Source: Cyclobacteriaceae bacterium (GTDB lineage: Bacteria; Bacteroidota; Bacteroidia; Cytophagales; Cyclobacteriaceae). From it: a DNA stretch of 64,000 bases. The notes under the pieces were generated by a model, which was not told the origin of the DNA, searched no databases, and was given only the letters and a program-made list of their open reading frames with translations. The position numbers and the translations under genes were made by a program. Location of the stretch: the NCBI GenBank assembly GCA_019638255.1, contig JAHBUD010000002.1, forward strand, positions 164,092 to 228,091, given 5' to 3'. Below are positions 1 to 9,414 of this stretch, piece by piece (position 1 is the stretch's first letter; every line of letters starts with the position of its first letter).

Positions 1-628
1 TTTGCGCATGATGCGCCAGGATGCCTACAGGCGTTTCGCTATAGCGCGCTTCAAGTATCACAGCACCCGCCCCATCGGCATAGATCATACTGTCTCGATC
101 GTGTGGATCACAGATACGTGAAAGTGTTTCTGCGCCTATCACCATCACCTTCTTCGCCATCCCGGATTTGATATAGAAGTCGGCCTGAATAACACCCTGT
201 AGCCAGCCGGCACATCCGAAAGGTAAATCATAACAAACCGTATCCGGATTTTTTATCTCCAGTTTCATTTTTACACGCGAAGCCAGTGCCGGAACAAAAT
301 CACTTCTACGATTGTCGGCCGCTACATCGCCAAAATTATGGGCAACAATAATGTAGTCGAGTGTTTCACCATCGATGCCGGAAGAATTAAGTGCATCTTG
401 TGCCGCCAGGTAGCCTATGTCAGATGCAACAAGATCATCTGTAACATACCTGCGTTCCAGTATGCCCGTTATCTCACTAAACTTTTGAATGATTTCTTCA
501 TTGGTGCGGTTTAAGCGCTGGCCATTCACTTCGAAAAATGAGTGATTCAGGAAATCGTCATTAGTAATTCGTTGTGTAGGAATATAACGGCCGGACCCGG
601 TAATGATCGAATAGATTTGTTCTTGCAT
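1..628 (-). CDS. fabH: 3-oxoacyl-ACP synthase III (FabH-like); C-terminal part cut by the window edge
   Basis: Not in the ORF track because it is open to the window edge. My reverse-strand translation from the ATG at 626-628 gives MQEQIYSIITGSGRYIPTQRITNDDF... It also contains the KAS III active-site context YDLPFGCAGWLQ. Confidence 0.75.
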   Translation of the reverse strand, partial: MQEQIYSIITGSGRYIPTQRITNDDFLNHSFFEVNGQRLNRTNEEIIQKFSEITGILERRYVTDDLVASDIGYLAAQDALNSSGIDGETLDYIIVAHNFGDVAADNRRSDFVPALASRVKMKLEIKNPDTVCYDLPFGCAGWLQGVIQADFYIKSGMAKKVMVIGAETLSRICDPHDRDSMIYADGAGAVILEARYSETPVGILAHHAQ

Positions 629-673
629 AGGTTTTTGGTCAGGCAAAGGTAACCCAATTGACTGCGGATACTA

Positions 674-687
674 CTGATCTTAATCAG
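674..687. promoter_or_regulatory. Perfect 5-4-5 palindrome CTGAT-CTTA-ATCAG, a Crp/Fnr-type operator candidate
   Basis: Read directly as ctaCTGATcttaATCAGtca. It is centred about 52 nt upstream of the FabH-like ATG. The same half-sites recur at 20872-20885 and 54891-54904. Confidence 0.45.
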
Positions 688-764
688 TCACTGCATAAAA
701 ACAGAATACAAACAGTTGTTAGTGATCGAATTTGAAATGTAATCGTTGAATAGTTGAAAAATAT

Positions 765-2069
765 CTACTGATTTTTCTGAAAAGTTTTCATCAAAAAATA
801 TACGATTGTGAAGAATACAAGAAAAATGATCACCGCAACGATTTCTTTCCATTCAAGGTTCGACAAGAACCAGCCTGTGGCCAGCAGTGCCAACACCGGT
901 ATGGTTAACCCACCAGGATTGATGTAAGCACCTTCCACCTCTCGCTTTCGCAATTTTATAGTAGCAGCAATCACACCTACATAAATAAGCAAAATAGAAG
1001 CACTTGATAACACAGCCAGTTGACGGAAACTACCGGAAATAGAATAGACAAAGCTGACGAAAGCATACAATAGTATTGAGAAGTGTGGTGTTGAAAATTT
1101 CGGATGAATCTTTGCAAAAATTGATGGCAGCAATCCATCGCGTGCAGCTGCATACGGTACGCGCGAAGACACGAACATATCACCACTAATCAGACCAAAA
1201 CAAGATACTGCCGCAGCCACAGACATTAAGACTAATCCCCGGCTACCAAAAACAACTGAAGCCACCGCAACCAATGGTGCCTCTTTTTGTTCGGCAAGAG
1301 CATCGCCCAATACACCTTGTGCCACTGCTTGTATCGACAGGTAAAAAAGAAAAACAATCACGACACCCAACAAAAGGCCGCGAGGTATGGTATAGGTTGG
1401 TCGTTTAATTTCACCAGTAGCTGACAGCGTTGCTTCCGCACCGCCTCCAAAAGCAAAAAACAAAATCAGTGATGCCTCACCTAACCGATGCCACGATGGC
1501 CATTCGGAAACATGAAGATTCTCGCTATTCATATGCGCTACCCCGAAAACAATAAGCAACAACAAGGGCACGAGCTTAAGTAGGGTAACACCTGTAACAA
1601 AGGCGGTACTTTCCTTACTTCCGCGTATGTTTAACCAACTTAAACCGGCAAATACAACCAGAAAGAAAAGTCCTCGAAAAACAGGATCACCAAGCTTAGG
1701 AAAAAATAATTCAAGGCTGTTGACCATTACATTAATCACAGCGGCATTCGCCAAGGTTGTGAAACCCAACCAAAAAATGGTATTGGTCAAAAAACCAGCC
1801 AACGGGCCAAAGGCTTCTTCGATGTAGGCATAAGCTCCACCGGAAGTTGAAATTTTTGTGCCTACTTCCACAAAGCACAACAACACCAACCCAAGCAAAG
1901 CCGTGCAAACAATATAGGCCAGGAAAGCCGAAGCGCCAATCGCTGTTGCCACCAAAGCAGGCAACGCAAAAATACCAGCCCCAATGGTCATGTTCACTGC
2001 ATTGATCGCCAACGTACGAACGCCAACTACACGTTTCAGTCCTTCATCGGGAGGGGTACTCATGGGCAA
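765..2069 (-). CDS. APC-family amino acid permease
   Basis: 434-aa ORF with about 12 hydrophobic segments and an N-terminus typical of amino acid/polyamine permeases (LKRVVGVRTLAINAVNMTIGAGIF). Confidence 0.8.
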   Translation of the reverse strand: MPMSTPPDEGLKRVVGVRTLAINAVNMTIGAGIFALPALVATAIGASAFLAYIVCTALLGLVLLCFVEVGTKISTSGGAYAYIEEAFGPLAGFLTNTIFWLGFTTLANAAVINVMVNSLELFFPKLGDPVFRGLFFLVVFAGLSWLNIRGSKESTAFVTGVTLLKLVPLLLLIVFGVAHMNSENLHVSEWPSWHRLGEASLILFFAFGGGAEATLSATGEIKRPTYTIPRGLLLGVVIVFLFYLSIQAVAQGVLGDALAEQKEAPLVAVASVVFGSRGLVLMSVAAAVSCFGLISGDMFVSSRVPYAAARDGLLPSIFAKIHPKFSTPHFSILLYAFVSFVYSISGSFRQLAVLSSASILLIYVGVIAATIKLRKREVEGAYINPGGLTIPVLALLATGWFLSNLEWKEIVAVIIFLVFFTIVYFLMKTFQKNQ

Positions 2070-2188
2070 AAGTTAAGGTTACTCAATAAAGGCAATAAAA
2101 TCCCAACCACCAACCGCTGGTGTAGGTCATGCCTAGTTTGATTGATAATAATGTTTAATATTACCTCCGTAAAACTTATCCATTAAAC

Positions 2189-5140
2189 ATGAAATCATTG
2201 CTAAGTAAAATTCTTGTTGTATCGATCCTGGCATTGGTGCATACCACCAACATTGCCCAGGATGTTAAACCCATCGCCTGGAAAGATATACCTGCGTGGA
2301 AATCCATTTCGCCATTCAGTGTAACCGTCTCACAGGATGGACAGTGGGTAGCCTATGCCCTACTTCCAGTAGATGGCGATGGTGAACTCATTGTTCAAAA
2401 AGTCAGGGGAACAGATAAGAAAACTTTTTCTATTGGAAACACCAGTTTTCCCTCCCTGTCTTTCTCTGAAGATGGCAAGTGGATAGCCTTTAAAGAATAT
2501 CCAAAAAATTCGGAACGTAAAGCCAATGCCAAAACACCCGGTAAGCAATTATTCGATAAGCTTCATGTTGTAGAATTGGCTACCAATAAAAAAACGGAAT
2601 ACGAAAAAGTGAACTCATTCTCCTTCAATGGAGAGCTTGGAAACCATATCGCTATTCATATTGCCAAAGAACGCAGCCCTGGAAGTAAACCCGATGATCC
2701 GAAAGGCTCTGATCTGTTGCTGGTTGAACTCGCTACAGGAAAAAGTCAGAACATTGGAAACGTTTCAGAATACGCATTTAACAAGAAGGGAGTGCTATTA
2801 GCCTATACCATTGATGCTACGAATCAATCCGGCAACGGACTGCACCTTTATACTATTGCATCAAAACAAACCCGCGTATTGGATAGTGATAAGGCAAAGT
2901 ATCAATCCATTAACTGGACTGAAGAAGGCGATGGACTTGCTGCACTGAAAATGGTGAAGGATAAAAAATTCAAGCAGGACAAAGGAAGCGTTATCGGTGT
3001 AAAGAATTTCACTGCCCCTTCTCCACTTGTTATTACGTATGAACCCGCTAAAGATTCGGTACGATTCCCCAAAGGCATGACGATCAGTCCAAATCGTAAA
3101 CCGATGTGGACAGAAGACCTGACAAGATTGTTGTTCGGCATTCATGATCAGGAATTGGCAAAAAAAGAAGATAAGAAATCAGACGATAAAGAAGCCCCGA
3201 AAGAATCGGATGCAGATAAGCTTGCAAAAATAAAAACCGACACCACCATCAAATCCATTGCCGATTTGCAAAAAGCCATTGCCAAACTGGAAACCAAGAA
3301 GCCGGAAGCCAAAGGCGATACATTAAAACCTGACATGACCATCTGGCATTGGCAGGATACACGTTTACAATCGCGGCAGCAGCGCCAGGAAACACAGGAT
3401 AAAAATTTCAGTTATTGGGGAATGTATGATGTGAGTACATCATCCTTCGTCAGGCTAAATGAGAGCACATTAAAAAATCTGGATATTATGCCGAAGCACC
3501 GGTATGCTATTGGTCAGGATAACAGTGCATATGAACTGGATAATGCATTGGATGGACAATCCTACACCGATGTATATGTAATCGATTTAAAAAGCGGATC
3601 AAAAACAAAAGTATTTGAAAAATTATACCTGCCGTCATTCTGGTCAAGCCCAAGATCATCACCTGACGGAACGAAATTTCTGTATGGAAAAGATGGGCAT
3701 TATTTTGTTTATGACATCGCAACGAAAAGCAATGTGAACATTACTGAAAAAGTTAAAACTTCTTTTGTCAACACAGAGGATGATCATAACGTAGTAAAGC
3801 CTCTCACACCGGTTGTTGGTTGGAGCAGTGATAGTAAATATGTTTTGCTTCGCGACTTATGGGACGTGTGGCAAGTGCCTGCGAATGGAAAAGAGGTTGC
3901 GATTAATCTTTCAGTAAACGGTAAGAAAGAGAAAATCCGTTATCAGAATCGCTATCAACTTGATCCGGACGAAAAAGGAATTGATCTTAAAAAACCTCAG
4001 TATGTGCGCATCTATGGGGAATGGAATAAAAAAAGTGGTATCGCACGACTTGAATCGGGTAAGGCAGGACTTGCACCTGGCGCAAAAAATTTACTATGGG
4101 AAGACTCCAACATTGGCCGTTTATTAAAAGCAAAAAAAGCTGACGTGTATATTTTTAGTCGCGAGAAGTTCAATCAGCCAACAGAATTCTTTGCTGCCGA
4201 TGCGCAATTGAAAAATGAAAATCAGGTAACTAAAAATGCTCCCGATGCAAACAAATATGCATGGTCGTCTGGCGTACAGTTGATTGATTATATTTCCGAC
4301 AAAGGCGATACCCTGCAAGGTGCATTGTTCTTGCCTGCCGGATATGAAAAGGGTAAAAAATATCCAACTGTAGTGTATTACTATGAGAAACTATCACAAA
4401 CCTTACACAGCTATAGTAGTCCTGGTTTTTCTGGCACCGGCTGGAATCCAAATGTTTATACCAGTAATGGGTATGCCGTGTTCATTCCAGACATTGTTTA
4501 TAAAATGGATGACCCGGGCATGTCGGCCGTATGGTGTGTGATGCCCGGTGTAAAGGCTGCTTTAAAGACGGGCGTAATTGATGAAAATAAAATAGGCATT
4601 CACGGGCATTCATGGGGTGGCTACCAAACTTGTTTTCTGATCACCCAAACAAACATGTTCAAAGCTGCTGCTGCGGGAGCTCCACTTACCAACATGGTAT
4701 CCATGTACGACTTAATTTACTGGAATACCGGTGGCGGAAACATGTCGATTTTTGAAGCTTCGCAAGGACGGTTTAAAGGAGCACCTTGGGAAAATTGGGA
4801 ATCGTATTTACGCAATTCACCGGTCTATCATGTTAAAAACGTAAACACCCCACTTCTGATGTTGCACAACGATAAAGATGGCGCAGTAGATTTTACACAA
4901 GGTATTGAGTACTACAATGCATTGCGCAGATTAAAGAAACCTGTAGTGATGATGCAGTATAAAGGCGAAAACCACGGACTTGCCAAACTTGAAAATCGGA
5001 AAGATTACTCCATGCGCATGATGGAATTTTTCGATTATCATCTAAAAGGCGCTGCCGCACCGGGTTGGCTGAAAGAAGGGGTTGATCACTTAAAACTAAA
5101 CGAGCATTTAACGGAGCGCGTGTTTGCAGAACAGGATTAG
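2189..5140 (+). CDS. S9 prolyl-oligopeptidase-family serine peptidase with a long N-terminal beta-propeller region
   Basis: 983-aa ORF with a signal peptide. The C-terminal alpha/beta-hydrolase part has the nucleophile motif GHSWGGY and a later DGAVD / H region. Confidence 0.85.
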   Translation: MKSLLSKILVVSILALVHTTNIAQDVKPIAWKDIPAWKSISPFSVTVSQDGQWVAYALLPVDGDGELIVQKVRGTDKKTFSIGNTSFPSLSFSEDGKWIAFKEYPKNSERKANAKTPGKQLFDKLHVVELATNKKTEYEKVNSFSFNGELGNHIAIHIAKERSPGSKPDDPKGSDLLLVELATGKSQNIGNVSEYAFNKKGVLLAYTIDATNQSGNGLHLYTIASKQTRVLDSDKAKYQSINWTEEGDGLAALKMVKDKKFKQDKGSVIGVKNFTAPSPLVITYEPAKDSVRFPKGMTISPNRKPMWTEDLTRLLFGIHDQELAKKEDKKSDDKEAPKESDADKLAKIKTDTTIKSIADLQKAIAKLETKKPEAKGDTLKPDMTIWHWQDTRLQSRQQRQETQDKNFSYWGMYDVSTSSFVRLNESTLKNLDIMPKHRYAIGQDNSAYELDNALDGQSYTDVYVIDLKSGSKTKVFEKLYLPSFWSSPRSSPDGTKFLYGKDGHYFVYDIATKSNVNITEKVKTSFVNTEDDHNVVKPLTPVVGWSSDSKYVLLRDLWDVWQVPANGKEVAINLSVNGKKEKIRYQNRYQLDPDEKGIDLKKPQYVRIYGEWNKKSGIARLESGKAGLAPGAKNLLWEDSNIGRLLKAKKADVYIFSREKFNQPTEFFAADAQLKNENQVTKNAPDANKYAWSSGVQLIDYISDKGDTLQGALFLPAGYEKGKKYPTVVYYYEKLSQTLHSYSSPGFSGTGWNPNVYTSNGYAVFIPDIVYKMDDPGMSAVWCVMPGVKAALKTGVIDENKIGIHGHSWGGYQTCFLITQTNMFKAAAAGAPLTNMVSMYDLIYWNTGGGNMSIFEASQGRFKGAPWENWESYLRNSPVYHVKNVNTPLLMLHNDKDGAVDFTQGIEYYNALRRLKKPVVMMQYKGENHGLAKLENRKDYSMRMMEFFDYHLKGAAAPGWLKEGVDHLKLNEHLTERVFAEQD

Positions 5141-5165
5141 GAATCACTTATCGAAATAATTTTAG

Positions 5166-5199
5166 AGAGGCAGGCCGAAAGCTTGCCTCTTTTATTTTA
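5166..5199. terminator. Stem-loop plus T-tract between convergent genes (bidirectional terminator candidate)
   Basis: AGAGGCAGGC-cgaaa-GCTTGCCTCT followed by TTTTATTTT. Confidence 0.6.
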
Positions 5200-6112
5200 T
5201 TGGGAGACTGTACACCAACCTCAGCGAGGTAATCAGTCCATTATCAAAGTTCACATTTTTAGGAGTTCGGTCATCACCAAAACGAATAATGCTGAACCGG
5301 AAATCCATTTTTTCATCAGCACTGTATTGTTCATACACCCGGCTTAAGGAATACCCGAAACGCACTTCAAGAAAAATATTGCCGGTTGTATTCCACCGGG
5401 CGAATAACGCCTCATCAATACTGTTGCGTTCGATATAGTCGCCTTTAAATTCCTCTTGCCCTAATCGATAGGTAGTAATAAATCCGAAATGACTGAAACC
5501 TGCCGTTAGTGTTTCATTCACCTTATAACTGATCTTCAGGTTTATCGGCATTAAACCCGTCATGCTCCACCGGTCATTTAATTGCCAATCCAAATAAACC
5601 AATGGCACAAGCAACGGCCCAAGCAATTCCTGATTATACAAGGCTCCAAAACGCATCAACAACCTTTCGTGATAACGGTGCTCGAATAAACCAATACCGC
5701 CAAGCTGCCAGCTTTTGCCATCGCTTCCCTTAAAATCCGACATGTATCGTGGCACAGCCAAAAGCTGGAAACCATTTCGTTCATTCAATTTCCGTACGAT
5801 ACCAGTTTGCAAAATAATTCCATGCATGCGCATAGCGGTGAGGTATTCTGTTGGCCTGACTTCCAAATCACTTGACACATTAAACCCGGAATAAGTGAAA
5901 TCATTATACCAGATTGTTTTCTCGCTGAACTTAATTGGCAACTTAAGGTTAACCAGCAAGTTGCTTTCAGTGGCTTTGCCATTGAGCGGTTCTTGATAGG
6001 AGGATGGCATGCCAACCATACCCACGATAGTAAAAATATCGATGGACGATTGAGCAAAGAGTGTCGTTGAAGCGAAAATCTCCAGCAGTATTAAGCAACT
6101 TCTAAACGTCAT
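5192..6112 (-). CDS. Hypothetical outer-membrane beta-barrel-like protein
   Basis: The ORF track gives 5192-6184. An internal ATG at 6110-6112 gives a clean signal peptide (MTFRSCLILLEIFASTTLFAQ). The rest shows an alternating aromatic/hydrophilic beta-strand pattern. Confidence 0.55.
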   Translation of the reverse strand: MTFRSCLILLEIFASTTLFAQSSIDIFTIVGMVGMPSSYQEPLNGKATESNLLVNLKLPIKFSEKTIWYNDFTYSGFNVSSDLEVRPTEYLTAMRMHGIILQTGIVRKLNERNGFQLLAVPRYMSDFKGSDGKSWQLGGIGLFEHRYHERLLMRFGALYNQELLGPLLVPLVYLDWQLNDRWSMTGLMPINLKISYKVNETLTAGFSHFGFITTYRLGQEEFKGDYIERNSIDEALFARWNTTGNIFLEVRFGYSLSRVYEQYSADEKMDFRFSIIRFGDDRTPKNVNFDNGLITSLRLVYSLPIK

Positions 6113-6196
6113 TACGATCAGTCTTAAACGAATAAGTACTGAAGGAATTAGGATCGCTTTAATTTTCGTATGGGGTATATCCATAACATGGAGTCT

Positions 6197-6679
6197 TTAT
6201 CCGTTCTGTTTCAGAAAACCCTCCAACCGTTTTCTTGTGGTGGCCTGCACTTTCTTACGGAAGAATGGAGTCCAGCCTAATAAAGTACCGGTTATGCCAA
6301 AGGCCATCCGCGCCCAGCGATAAAAATCAAATGTATCGGTGTGGGAAATTATTTTCCCTTCTTTAAAACCAAACGTTGCATCAATGATGTTGTGCACTCT
6401 TCTTCCAGTCAACGATAGAGTATAATATGCTTCCCAACGGGCTGATCCTTTCGCTTCATCTGCTTTTATAGTATTAAACTCCAACTTCCAATCACCGGGG
6501 TTTTTCTTTAGCGTATCAATCAACATACTCCACATGGCACCCACTTCATTTCCCTTCAGATCAGGAAAGGCCGGATCAGAAAATTTTACTTCCGGATGAT
6601 AGCAGGCTTTCATGCCCTCATCGTCAAGTTTACTAAAGCTGGTATAGAATTTCCGGATCAGGTCTTCGTTTCTATGCAT
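6197..6679 (-). CDS. NTF2/SnoaL-like fold protein
   Basis: 160-aa ORF. The N-terminal pattern LIRKFYTSFSKLDDEGMKACYHPEVKFSDPAF is typical of SnoaL-like proteins. Confidence 0.6.
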   Translation of the reverse strand: MHRNEDLIRKFYTSFSKLDDEGMKACYHPEVKFSDPAFPDLKGNEVGAMWSMLIDTLKKNPGDWKLEFNTIKADEAKGSARWEAYYTLSLTGRRVHNIIDATFGFKEGKIISHTDTFDFYRWARMAFGITGTLLGWTPFFRKKVQATTRKRLEGFLKQNG

Positions 6680-6786
6680 ACAGTAAAATTATTGATTACC
6701 ACAAGTCTGTGTTAACACAAATCAACCAAAAATTATAACGCTTTGATAAAGTACTAGCTGCTGGCCTTTGTCGACCCAGACCGGGG

Positions 6787-7257
6787 TCATAATGCTCTGA
6801 TGAAATACCAGCCCATAACCAAACAGACAACAAGCTTCATCAAGGTACTAAAAACAAAACCTATAAACGAACCCACTGCTGCGCGTAGTGCTTGCTCAGA
6901 CTGATTGGTTGCCAGAAGTTCACCGGCAAACGCACCCACAAACGGACCTGCTATAATTCCAATTGGGCCAAACCAAAAACCGGCTACAAGGCCCACCATA
7001 CAACCCCACATGCCATATTTACTGCCACCAAATTTTTTTGTTCCATAAATGGGCACCGCATAATCAAGCACAGCGATAACGATCACCACTAAAAGCCAGC
7101 TGACTAAAAATTTGATGGTAAAAGTAGGTTGCTCGCGCAATTGAAGAACCAGCAAGCCAACAAAACTAAGCGGTGGCCCTGGCACCAGTGGAATTACACT
7201 TCCCAGAATGCCGGCAATCATAAAACCGCAGGCCAATACAGTCCAAACTAAATCCAT
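6787..7257 (-). CDS. DUF456-family small membrane protein
   Basis: 156 aa with 4 hydrophobic segments and the motif GSVIPLVPGPPLSF. Confidence 0.6.
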   Translation of the reverse strand: MDLVWTVLACGFMIAGILGSVIPLVPGPPLSFVGLLVLQLREQPTFTIKFLVSWLLVVIVIAVLDYAVPIYGTKKFGGSKYGMWGCMVGLVAGFWFGPIGIIAGPFVGAFAGELLATNQSEQALRAAVGSFIGFVFSTLMKLVVCLVMGWYFIRAL

Positions 7258-7307
7258 ATTGAAATTGAATTTACTAAAAACAACAACGCGTTAAAAATTC
7301 AGCGGTT

Positions 7308-7323
7308 TATGACTAAAGTCATA
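7308..7323. promoter_or_regulatory. Perfect 6-4-6 palindrome TATGAC-TAAA-GTCATA upstream of the class II RNR gene
   Basis: Read directly. It is centred about 76 nt upstream of the ATG at 7392. The core TGAC-N4-GTCA also occurs at 34302-34313. Confidence 0.35.
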
Positions 7324-7391
7324 GCAACCTACCGTATGCGCTGCATACATTTCTACTTCGGAAGCAACCACTCACTTTTTAATCGTAAACT

Positions 7392-9242
7392 ATGAACCTT
7401 AACCAACAAGTACTCAGCGACCTAATCATCTACATGAAGTACGCCCGTTACCTGCCCGAACTAAAGCGCAGGGAAACGTGGGATGAAATTTGTGACCGGT
7501 ACCAGCACATGATGGTCGAGAAGTATCCTTTTCAACACGAAGAAATTATTGAGACCATGAAATGGGTACGACAGAAAAAAGTGTTACCCTCCATGCGCGC
7601 CATGCAGTTTGCCGGAACCGCCATTGCGCGGAACAACTCACGCATCTACAACTGTGCTTACCTTCCGGCAGACGATATCCGTGCATTTTCAGAAACAATG
7701 TTCCTGTTACTTGGCGGAACTGGCGTTGGGTACTCCGTACAATACCACCATGTTGAGAAACTCCCGCCCATTCACAAAGCTGAAAAACGAAGGAGATTTC
7801 TCATCGGTGATAGCCTGGAAGGCTGGGCCGATGCCATAAAAGTCTTACTCAAAGGTTATTTCGGCATCAGCGAATACATTCCGGAGTTTGACTACTCCGA
7901 CATTCGACCGAAAGGTGCACGCCTCGTAACAGCCGGTGGAAAAGCACCTGGCCCTGAACCGCTCAAAATATGTGTAGCGCACGTTCAGGCATTACTCGAC
8001 CGAAAAGAAAATGGCGAGAAACTCACACCCCTTGAATGTCACGACCTGATGTGCCACCTGGCCAATGCAGTGCTGGCAGGCGGAATCAGAAGGTCGGCTA
8101 TGATTTCACTCTTCTCGCATGGCGATGAAGAAATGCTCACCTGCAAGTACGGTAACTGGTGGGAGCTAAACGAACAACGTGGTCGCGCCAACAATTCAGT
8201 GGTGTTGCAACGGGATAACATCTCACAAACTGAATTTCTTGATCTCTGGAAAAAAATTGAACTCTCCGGTTCCGGTGAGCCGGGTTTCTATTTTACCAAT
8301 GACCTGGATTGGGGAACAAATCCGTGTTGCGAGATTGCACTTCGTCCATTCCAATTCTGCAACCTGTGCGAAGTAAACGTATCGGATGTGTATACACAGG
8401 ATGAACTTAATGCCCGTGCACGTGCTGCGGCTTATCTTGGCACGTTACAAGCGGGATTTACCGATTTTCACTACTTGCGTGAAATATGGAAAACCACTAC
8501 TGAGCAAGATGCCCTGATTGGCGTGGGCATGACAGGCATTGCCAGCGGTGCCGTTCAAAAACTGGATCTGAATGAAACCGCCCGGGAGGTTAAAAAAGTA
8601 AACCTTGAAGTTTCAGCCAAGATCGGGATACAGTTTGCTGCACGCACCACCACCATCAAACCTTCAGGCACTTCTTCGTTGGTGTTGGGCACATCATCGG
8701 GTATACATGCATGGCATAATGATTATTACATCAGGCGCTTACGCATTGGAAAGAATGAAGCCTTGTACGAATACCTGTGCATCGCTCATCCGGAGTTGTT
8801 GGAGGATGATCTGCTCAACAGCAAGCAGGCCATCATCTGTATTCCGCAAAAAGCACCCGAGGGCAGCATTCTGCGAACAGAACATGTTATGGATTTACTT
8901 GAGCGGATAAAAAAATTCAATGAAGAGTGGGTTCGAAAAGGCTTTCGCAGAGGAAGCAATGCCAACAATGTGTCGGCTACGGTATCCATTGAAGATGGTG
9001 ATTGGCAACGTGTGGGCGAATGGATGTGGGCAAACAAAGCATCCTACAATGGACTCAGTGTGTTGCCCTTCGATACGGGGAACTACAAACAAGCACCCTT
9101 CGAAGATATTACTAAAGAAAAATTCGTTGAACTCGAGAAGAGCCTGAAATCCATTGATCTCACAAATGTTTTCGAAACCGATGATGAAACCGATCATAAA
9201 GCTGAGGCCGCCTGTGCAGGTGGTGCATGTCAGGTTGTTTAA
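7392..9242 (+). CDS. nrdJ: Adenosylcobalamin-dependent class II ribonucleotide reductase, monomeric RTPR-like type
   Basis: 616 aa. Blocks collinear with Lactobacillus leichmannii RTPR as I recall it: ETWDE, IRPKGARLVTAGGKAPGPEPL, AGGIRRSA, RANNSV, GTNPCCEI...FCNL, TTIKPSGT. The C-terminal redox pair is CAGGACQVV. Confidence 0.85.
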   Translation: MNLNQQVLSDLIIYMKYARYLPELKRRETWDEICDRYQHMMVEKYPFQHEEIIETMKWVRQKKVLPSMRAMQFAGTAIARNNSRIYNCAYLPADDIRAFSETMFLLLGGTGVGYSVQYHHVEKLPPIHKAEKRRRFLIGDSLEGWADAIKVLLKGYFGISEYIPEFDYSDIRPKGARLVTAGGKAPGPEPLKICVAHVQALLDRKENGEKLTPLECHDLMCHLANAVLAGGIRRSAMISLFSHGDEEMLTCKYGNWWELNEQRGRANNSVVLQRDNISQTEFLDLWKKIELSGSGEPGFYFTNDLDWGTNPCCEIALRPFQFCNLCEVNVSDVYTQDELNARARAAAYLGTLQAGFTDFHYLREIWKTTTEQDALIGVGMTGIASGAVQKLDLNETAREVKKVNLEVSAKIGIQFAARTTTIKPSGTSSLVLGTSSGIHAWHNDYYIRRLRIGKNEALYEYLCIAHPELLEDDLLNSKQAIICIPQKAPEGSILRTEHVMDLLERIKKFNEEWVRKGFRRGSNANNVSATVSIEDGDWQRVGEWMWANKASYNGLSVLPFDTGNYKQAPFEDITKEKFVELEKSLKSIDLTNVFETDDETDHKAEAACAGGACQVV

Positions 9243-9275
9243 ACGAAACGAGTATGAATCTGATAGTTACTAGTC

Positions 9276-9299
9276 ATCGCCCCAAGTACTCGGGGCGAT
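9276..9299. terminator. 8-bp GC-rich hairpin after nrdJ
   Basis: ATCGCCCC-aagtactc-GGGGCGAT. Confidence 0.5.
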
Positions 9300-9323
9300 C
9301 CCTTTAAATGATTGAATCACGAG

Positions 9324-9365
9324 ATTCCGACTCAAGCCTGCCTGCTGGTCAGGCAGGGCCGGAAT
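9324..9365. terminator. Compound hairpin between convergent nrdJ and rnfA
   Basis: ATTCCG-actcaag-CCTGCCTG-ctggt-CAGGCAGG-gc-CGGAAT. Confidence 0.5.
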
Positions 9366-9414
9366 GACTTATGTAGTATGAAAGGATTATTGAGATGGCT
9401 CTGGTTAGAAAGCA

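Noticed and set aside
6708-6719. 12-bp palindrome TGTGTTAACACA upstream of the SnoaL-like gene as a CRP site
   Set aside because: The spacing is wrong for CRP (TGTGA-N6-TCACA) and there is no second copy in the window. It may be an operator or a small hairpin after the DUF456 gene, but there is nothing to support a specific call.
7258-7391. Possible cobalamin riboswitch or NrdR boxes ahead of the B12-dependent RNR
   Set aside because: I could not find a B12-box-like core or the multi-stem architecture in only 134 nt. The palindrome present does not match the NrdR box as I remember it. A covariance-model scan is needed to be certain.
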